Below the pieces are notes generated by a model that was not told the origin of the DNA, made no database searches, and worked only from the letters and a program-made list of their open reading frames with translations. A program made the position numbers and the translations under genes. Positions 62,668 to 64,000 of a stretch of 64,000 nt of DNA are shown here, in pieces (position 1 is the first letter of the stretch; each line of letters opens with the position of its first letter). This stretch comes from Podarcis gaigeae (lineage: Eukaryota): assembly GCA_964106915.2 (NCBI GenBank), contig OZ066925.1; one strand, given 5' to 3'.

Positions 62668-63384
62668 AAGCAGTGAATGTGCTGGACCATTGTCTTGCCT
62701 TGGTAATGGATGGGATGAGAGCCAACAAACTGAAGCTCAATCCAGATACGACTGAGGCACTGTTAGTTGGCAGTTCCCTAGACTGGATGGATGAGAGGTT
62801 GCCTGCTCTTGATGGTGTTATGCTCCCTCTGAAGAAGCAGGTACATAGCTTGGGGGCACTTCTGCATCCTTGCTGTCACTTGAGGCTCATGTGACCTCAG
62901 TGGCATGGAATGCCTTCCATCTGCTTTGGCTGGTGGCCCAGTTGTGCCCCCATCTGGACAGGGATAGTCTAATGTCTGTCTTCTATGGTTTGGTAACTTC
63001 AGGGCTAGATTACTGCAACATGGGGCTGCCTATGAAGACAGTTCAGAAAATACAGCTGGTACAGAATTTGGTGGCCAGGTTGCTCACCAGACCAAGACGG
63101 TTTGAACATATTACACCAATCCTAGCCTGACTGCACTGGCTGCCAGTTAGCTTCTGGTTTTGACCTATAAAGCCTTAAATGGCTCAGGATTGCAATACCT
63201 CAAGGTCCACCTCTCTCCATATGAACCTTAGACCCTGAGATCATCATCTGAGGCCCTTCTTCACATGCCTATATGAGAGTTCTGGAGGGCAGCAACACGA
63301 GAATGGGCCTTTTCTGCTGTGACTCCCTGCCTGTGGAATGCTCTCCCCAGGGAGGTTTGACTGGTGCCTTCATTATACATCTTT
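62668..63384 (+). mobile_element. Older L2 LINE fragment
   Basis: MRANKLKLNPDTTEAL...SLG...GLDYCN...IQLVQNLVARLLT...HITPIL with frameshifts. Confidence 0.9.
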
Positions 63385-64000
63385 AGATCATGGCCACTGG
63401 GCCCATCACCTCCTGGCAAATAGAAGGGGAAGAAATGGAGGCAGTGAGAGATTTTACTTCTTGTGGTCCATGATCACTGCAGATGATGACAGCAGTCACA
63501 AAATTAAAAGATGCCTGCTTCTTGAGAGAAAAGCAATGACAAACCTAGACAGTATCTTAAAAAGCAGAGACATCACCTTGCCAACAAAGGTTCGTATAGT
63601 TAAAGCTATGGTTTTCCCAGTAGTGATGTATGGAAGTGAGAGCTGCACCATAAAGAAGGCTGATTGCGAAGAATTGATGCTTTTGAATTATGGTGCTGGA
63701 GGAGACTCTTGAGAGTCCCATGGACTGCAAGAAGATCAAACCTATCCATTCTTAAGGAAATCAGCCCTGAGTGGTCACTGAAAGGACAGATCCTGAAGCT
63801 GAGGCTCCAACACTTTGGCCACCTCATGAGAAGAGAAGACTCCCTGGAAAAGACCCTGATGTTGGGAAAGATTGAGGGCACAAGAAGAAGGGGGCGACAG
63901 AGGATGAGATGGTTGGACAGTGTTCTCAAAGCTACCAACATGAGTTTGACCAAACTGCAGGAGGCAATGGAAGACAGGGGTGCCTGGTGTGCTCTGGTCC
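63385..64000 (+). mobile_element. Bov-B (RTE-BovB) LINE 3' region, runs off the window
   Basis: IKRCLLLERKAMTNLDSILKSRDITLPTKVRIVKAMVFPVVMYGSES and gactccctggaaaagaccctgatgttgggaaagattgaggg are hallmark Bov-B sequences. Confidence 0.95.

Overview
Vertebrate genomic DNA, most likely a lacertid lizard (Podarcis/Lacerta-like). This assignment rests on near-consensus Sauria SINEs with (ACCTTT)n tails, Squam3-like SINEs, Bov-B, L2, CR1, L1 and RTE LINE fragments, Penelope-like elements, hAT and Tc1/mariner MITEs and solo LTRs. Family names come from recall of consensus sequences, not from a database search. I recognise no host protein-coding gene. Nearly all listed ORFs are chance ORFs, and the protein-like ones are retroelement or transposase remnants. 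The main single-copy landmark is a CpG-island promoter at ~8.8-9.5 kb, with weak evidence for spliced transcripts on both strands. Several repeat-free, motif-rich blocks may be conserved enhancers. The most interesting signals are: (1) minimal type I hammerhead ribozyme motifs inside two inverted-repeat Penelope-like insertions, one of which can assemble an intact catalytic core via an internal duplication; (2) a twin-primed (5'-inverted) Sauria SINE; (3) a Sauria SINE flanked by a ~146-bp target duplication; (4) tRNA-Lys- and 5S-headed mini-SINEs sharing one CR1 tail; (5) a hAT MITE bearing a ZNF143-type motif inside the CpG island; (6) a family of three solo LTRs with 5-bp target site duplications (TSDs).
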